Part shown: piece by piece, positions 58,818-64,000 of the stretch | Layout: every line of letters begins with the position of its first letter | How positions within the stretch are numbered: the stretch's first letter is position 1 | Source of the DNA: Takakia lepidozioides | Lineage: Eukaryota > Plantae > Bryophyta | Direction of reading: 5' to 3' | Assembly (NCBI GenBank): GCA_030704615.1 | Contig: CM060732.1 | Location: forward strand, 64,666,001-64,730,000 | DNA length: 64,000 nt | The notes under the pieces: generated by a model | Told to the model about the DNA's origin: nothing | The model's input: only the letters and a program-made list of their open reading frames with translations | Database searches by the model: none | Position numbers and translations under genes: made by a program

Positions 58818-61800
58818 TTACCGAACAAATGAAGCTTGTGTAGCAGCAGCTGTAGCAGCGACATTGTTGGCTAGCATGTAGCCGCGGACTGCTAATTGCT
58901 TGGTCTTGTCTATAATTTGTTCATACCTACAGATATACCCACACATCCAATCCCAAAATGATAAGGAACTGGCCTAATATGATGTCTATAAATGCTACAA
59001 CAGCCAGCAAGGAGAGAGTCTGAAGCTTAAATAGATTGATATAACACAGTTTTGTGAGAGGATGGAAGGTTACACATTAGGATGCTGGGTCCCCATAACA
59101 ACTGTGCCCATCTTAGAGTCAATCTTGGCATCCAAGCGAGCATTCTGGATGAGGTTCACAATCCATCGCTCCGCGTCATCATAATTCATATTCAGTTTTT
59201 GTGACAGCATACTGGTCATCCATCCCACCAATTAAACTTAGTCACCATGACATCCATGTAAGTCCAAAGACAATGACTGCCCAATGAACGAATGCACCCC
59301 GGCAATCAACACGGGACGGATGCAAATGCAAACAAAATCCAGAACCCATGCAGCCGCCAGGCTACAGCAATCAAGATGCTCATATGACGAATGCTGCATA
59401 CACAAGATTTTCTTTCAAATTTGATTGCTCCAGAAAAGAAACGCCCAGGATTTATGCTACAAAAAACCTTACCCAATGTCAATACACTGGTGGATGCGGC
59501 AGTATGTCTCAAAGATGAAAAGACGGGCATTCTCCAGGAACTCATCACGCAATGGAACAGTGACAAAGCCATTTTCCTGCGCTTGCTTCCCCAAGAAGAA
59601 GTCGTTCACGATCAACTGCGTACACCCCATGGACATGGAAATAAGTGCCTCTCACATCTATGCAACAATCTGCAACAACTCTCCGATTTCTAGAAATCCA
59701 GAAGGGGATATCAGAACTTCTGAAACACGATCAGTTGTTTGTTTGAGTGAAGTCTGCATATCAGGGCTCTCACCGCCACGAGAATTCCAGGAAGCATTAT
59801 CCTTTCTTGTGAATACGCGCAACAACATGTACATGCCTCACAACAGGGAGGCGCCTTTCTTTTCCCTCTCTCTAAGCATCAGCACATGCACACTCACCAT
59901 CTCCATCCTTGGAGCCAAGGGGGCATGACCCCCGATCCTCTTAGCTTAAGACTTCCATAAAGCTGAGAAAAGGGAGCCCTCCAAGGCTAGAAACAGAAAC
60001 CCTTGCAAAACAAGCAGTCCAAACTAACTTGGGGAATAACTTCCTCTCTCAACAACAGCTGAGGAAACAACCCAACACAACACAAGAACATATCGACTTG
60101 CCTGAATTGAGGGTCATGAGAACATCATAAACTCCACATTTTCCTTCTATTTAAATGTGTTTTCCCAGTTTTGGGAGCACTATTGAATACATACAAGTAA
60201 GCCCACCGAGGTCGGTCTCCCTTACCTCCTCACACTCCCGCAATTTCTTCTGAGCACCTTCAAAATCATAGTTGACATATAAGCACTCCAAGAACTCTGT
60301 AATGGGATCACTGTACAAGTAGTGCTCCTGCTGGATAACTTTAATGACCTCTTTGAGCATACTCCTGCGCCTCTTGTTCACTATAACTGCGGCTGCCAAG
60401 TACCGCAACAGATGGTGGGCATTTGTCTGAACTGCATTCAGATACCTGGATAGCCACAGCAGGAGACGTCTTACCATTTCAAGACAAAATAGTTAAAACA
60501 CAATAAAACCAAAGACTTGCTGTTCTGCAAAAGGCGGAAGTACATGGTCTCCAAATCTACTTACCTTTCTGAAAAGAACAAGTCGATGATGCTGTTCCTT
60601 CCATTCTCATGATTAAAAAAGATGAAGAGACTCCAGTGCATCACCCATGTTCGCTGTTGCAACTGATTCAGAGGGGATGAAAAAATCTGTCCACATCACA
60701 GTAATTATTCTGAGATGTATACTTCTTCCAAAGTGAACAAACAGTAGAATCAGGCAGAGCACACGGCCTTTACTTTTAAAGAAGATTGGGTTCTATCAAG
60801 TGATGTAGCTGAGAATCTGGCAAGGAAAACTTGTGGGGTCCAGAGGCAAGCCTTACAAATACCAATCCCAAATTGACGCTGTCTGTAGGTCTGTTCAATT
60901 CATATATATTAATAATGTAAGAATATCATAATAATTATGAATACCCTTACCTTTGAATCAATTATCTCTTTCAATCGATTCAACTCCTCAATTGCAACAT
61001 CCCAGTTCTGCATCAAGACTTCAGCTGCCAGCTTGCCCCACAGCGCACTGAAGCTGCGCTCGCTATTGGTGCACAGAGTGCGATACTGGTAAAGATAGTC
61101 AGATGCACCCGAATAGTTGCCACACTCAAACTGGAACTTGGCATACTGATAGAGTGCTTCTATTTACTCTGAGCCTATCTGTGATTCCCAGAAATACCAA
61201 ATCACATAGGACAAGTCAGCTCACAGTATCAGAGAAAGGAAGCTACTACAGCTGCCAGAACACTCAGGCAAACCACAGCAAACTTGATTGGATAGGGAAG
61301 GGTTCAACAACTGTCATGGACAAGGGGGTCTTTGAGACACAGGTGAGGCCGTAGGTCACGCACCACATAAGGCTACAGAGCTATACATCTGCATAATGAT
61401 TACACACCCTGGAATGGTCTAATGCAATGTAAATTTACCAGTAGCAACTTGTAGAGGGGAGAAAACTATTCCACACCTACCAAGACTAGTATGCCCTGCC
61501 AGCACTGCCCCCACATGTCAGTCCCACAGCGGGCATAGGGGAAAGGTGGGGGGGGGATGAGATGGAGGAGTACCTGATCCTATCCGACACGATAGGAGGG
61601 TAACCATTCCACGGTACAAATGCAGGACCCCATGTTTGTCAGTGGGAGACATTTTCCGGGATCTCCTAAGAAAAGAGGGAAAGGCAGGTCGGGAGGTAGT
61701 AACATCGAATCAACACCTGGTATCTTTCCTGCAGCATTTGAAGGTTATATTGCTTGTCAGCCCGTAGTTCCTGCACCATTGCAGGGTTCTGCAGGAAGCT

Positions 61801-62548
61801 GATAAGCGGAGCAGCCGACTCCTCTAGCATCTTCAACCGTCCCACTACTTCTACCCTCCTGTCCACCATATCTGCTCCCCAAGGTTCCGCACGTTAGATT
61901 ATAGCCTAAATAACAGGAAAATGCCACCTGCGCAGGAAGAACTTCAGCGAAGTACACTTGTGACACAAATTTGGCCTGGGAAAGTGGACAACAATGTACC
62001 GCGTCATCGACTGTTCACGAAAATACAAACCAGACAGACTCCTCTCTGATTCTTCACCAAAGTGCTCTCTTCTGAGAGGCCACGGATCTGCGTTTGAAAG
62101 ACGCTTTTCGGAAGCGCATGTCATAACAGCGGATTTCATTGATCAGAAAATGAACGCTATCCTCCACATGGATCCATTTTCAGTGCTAGAGTCCCAACTT
62201 TGTCAGAAGCTGCAAAGAAGCCTAGCCCCTCACAGAAAATACATTTACTCCTTCCTCTACGAAGACACAACTTCCATTTTGATGTGACCAAAACCAACAA
62301 AGAAGTTGGTAGCAGGCAATATGCAGGGTGTGGAAGGCACCTTGGGGAACATCTTCAGTATGATACAAGCTTTTGTAAATATCCATTGCGTAGTCAACCA
62401 TGTTGGTCTTGGCCAACAGCTCGATCTTCGCTTTGCGAATCTGGTCATCTGCATACAGCTCCTTCTCTTGCAGAAACTCCAAAAGCGGGAACACCAAATG
62501 GCGGTCCAGAAATGGCGCCACCTTGGCTGTCAGATCATACTGCGCCAT
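58818..62548 (-). CDS. EIF3E: Eukaryotic translation initiation factor 3 subunit E (INT6); one in-frame TAA in exon 3
   Basis: Exons 62548-62341, 61871-61717, 61178-60951, 60686-60565, 60445-60226, 59615-59473, 59211-59074, 58926-58818. Motifs [70 protein letters not shown]. Confidence 0.93.
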
Positions 62549-63299
62549 GCCTCCCCACGCCTGCAAACGACCCGAGATCGGCCACAAACGCACACAACAC
62601 AGACACACAAGCGCACGAAAGCGACGAGGGCTCTAGTGAGCCTGCGCTCTGCGGCTAAAGTTAAAACCCCAGCCACAAGGCTTAGCAGCGGGCTATGAAC
62701 AAGTGATGAAAAACTGTCTATTCATCCCGTAGGATGAATGAACTGTGAGACTAGTAATGAAGTTGATATAATTTCTTTTTAGGACAATATTGTTTATTTA
62801 TTTATTTCTCCAAAAAAGGGGATGGGAAGTAGTCCATTTTTTCATTTATGTATACTTAATATTTCGGTGGATAATAGGTGTAAGAACTTAATGCACACGT
62901 GCAATCTCTGACAGGGTAGTACGCCGGTTTTCGGCATGTCAAATCTTCCCCACCTTCTTTTGAGAGTGTCATGGAACTGAAGGAATGTCAACTTCAGTCG
63001 GGGTTACACTGGGTTACACGATGAGGTGTGTAACTCCACTTGGGGTTACATCGGGTTCCAGGACGAGGAACGATGTACTTGACATCTGTAACTCTACAAG
63101 AGTAAAACATACCCCTACATTTCCTAGTATCTTGGTTGTCATGCCTTCCCAAAAAGAATAAATGTTGAAGGCACCCGGGACACTTGTCTCGAAGAGATAG
63201 CTACACAATGTCTCTCTTACATAGCTCAACACTATACCCGCCAATTTGTACCCAACGAATACATCGTACAAGCGCACGTAGCGTGCAAGGTCTGCCCCA

Positions 63300-63520
63300 A
63301 TATGTGGTACGCCATATAACACCACTGAGGGTTCTGCTGTCATCAACAGATATTAGCATGCTGGAGGAGATTGGGTTCCGTCTTCCACGGTCTCCGGTGG
63401 TGCCTTCATGCAACCTAGGTAATAATGTGTCTTCTGATCCTCCAGTTCCTCCACCCAATGTCGACTCCCACCCAACAATCCGAGATGGGAAACCAGTGCA
63501 CCGTGTCCCTTCGACTGCAA
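63300..63520 (+). pseudogene. Fragment related to the GCM-MULE-SWIM transposase
   Basis: LSSTDISMLEEIGFRLPR..PPPNVDSHPTIRDGKPVHRV aligns with LSKQEIDMLEDAGFRLPR..PPHVNDWPMKRNGKPVRRV (35811..36083). Confidence 0.65.
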
Positions 63521-63574
63521 GATGGAATCAACCAGAATTATGCAGGCTCGGATGACTCGTATTATGGAAGTCTC

Positions 63575-63656
63575 TATCAAGGACGAGAACATGACTGAAC
63601 ACAAACAAGATATCAGACTAAAGGTACAAGACTAGACAAGAAATCAAGGTCAGCGT
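63575..63656 (-). mobile_element. 3'-end fragment of the same Gypsy LTR family
   Basis: Its reverse complement matches ~6865-6946 (CCTTGA.TTCTTGTCTAGTCTTGTACC..GTTCAGTCATG.TCTCGTCC.TGA.A). Confidence 0.85.
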
Positions 63657-64000
63657 TCAATGCCCCAAGACATGTCCGAGACATACACGTTGAAGGCGAT
63701 GGAAATTATGTACCTACCCCAACGTCACTCGTGTAAGAATTACTCGAGGGGGACAGAATCCCTGGGAGCCTTAATTCATTTAATAATTTAACCATTGGTT
63801 ACATTTCCGGATTACAGATAAGATGACTTACACTTTTTAGCAATATACCAAAAGTTAACTATTATCTAGGTACACCTAACACTAGAGGGAGTAAAAAAAG
63901 TTAACTATTAAACGATTAACCATTTCCTTTGTATATTTTGCGGATTTTTTCGGGAGTAACAAAAAGATAACTAGCAGACCTGTTTTAACTTATAAACAGG

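Noticed and set aside
61164-61166. U-to-C RNA editing rescuing the eIF3e stop
   Set aside because: Reverse editing in hornworts, lycophytes and ferns is established only for organellar transcripts; nothing here supports it for a nuclear gene.

Overview
Eukaryotic nuclear DNA, most likely from a seed-free land plant. This is inferred from spliceosomal introns, PLS-type PPR fragments, a Tf1/Tcn1-like chromovirus and a GCM-MULE transposase; the species cannot be named. The first ~41 kb is a nested, rearranged transposon block. The last ~23 kb holds two host genes, an FCA-like RNA-binding gene (+) and eIF3e (-), separated by stacked hAT-like MITEs. Termini, target-site duplications (TSDs) and reading frames allow the block to be reconstructed. 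An outer CACTA/EnSpm element (ends 5602 and 31803, TSD ATG) was interrupted by an inner CACTA (ends 2735 and 20706, TSD GTG). Segment 2205-8461 was later inverted at a 3-bp microhomology. The two CACTAs are diverged yet share one unusual plan: a TnpD transposase head-to-head with a TnpA-like gene that contains an FCP1/NIF-type HAD phosphatase domain. This is the best candidate for an undescribed system. Other highlights: (1) an 11-nt self-priming PBS and a -1 frameshift signal in the Gypsy copies; (2) a second inversion splitting a GCM-MULE-SWIM transposase; (3) an FCA gene that also has a CELF-type third RRM; (4) an in-frame TAA in eIF3e. All domain calls are by eye from motifs; no searches were run.
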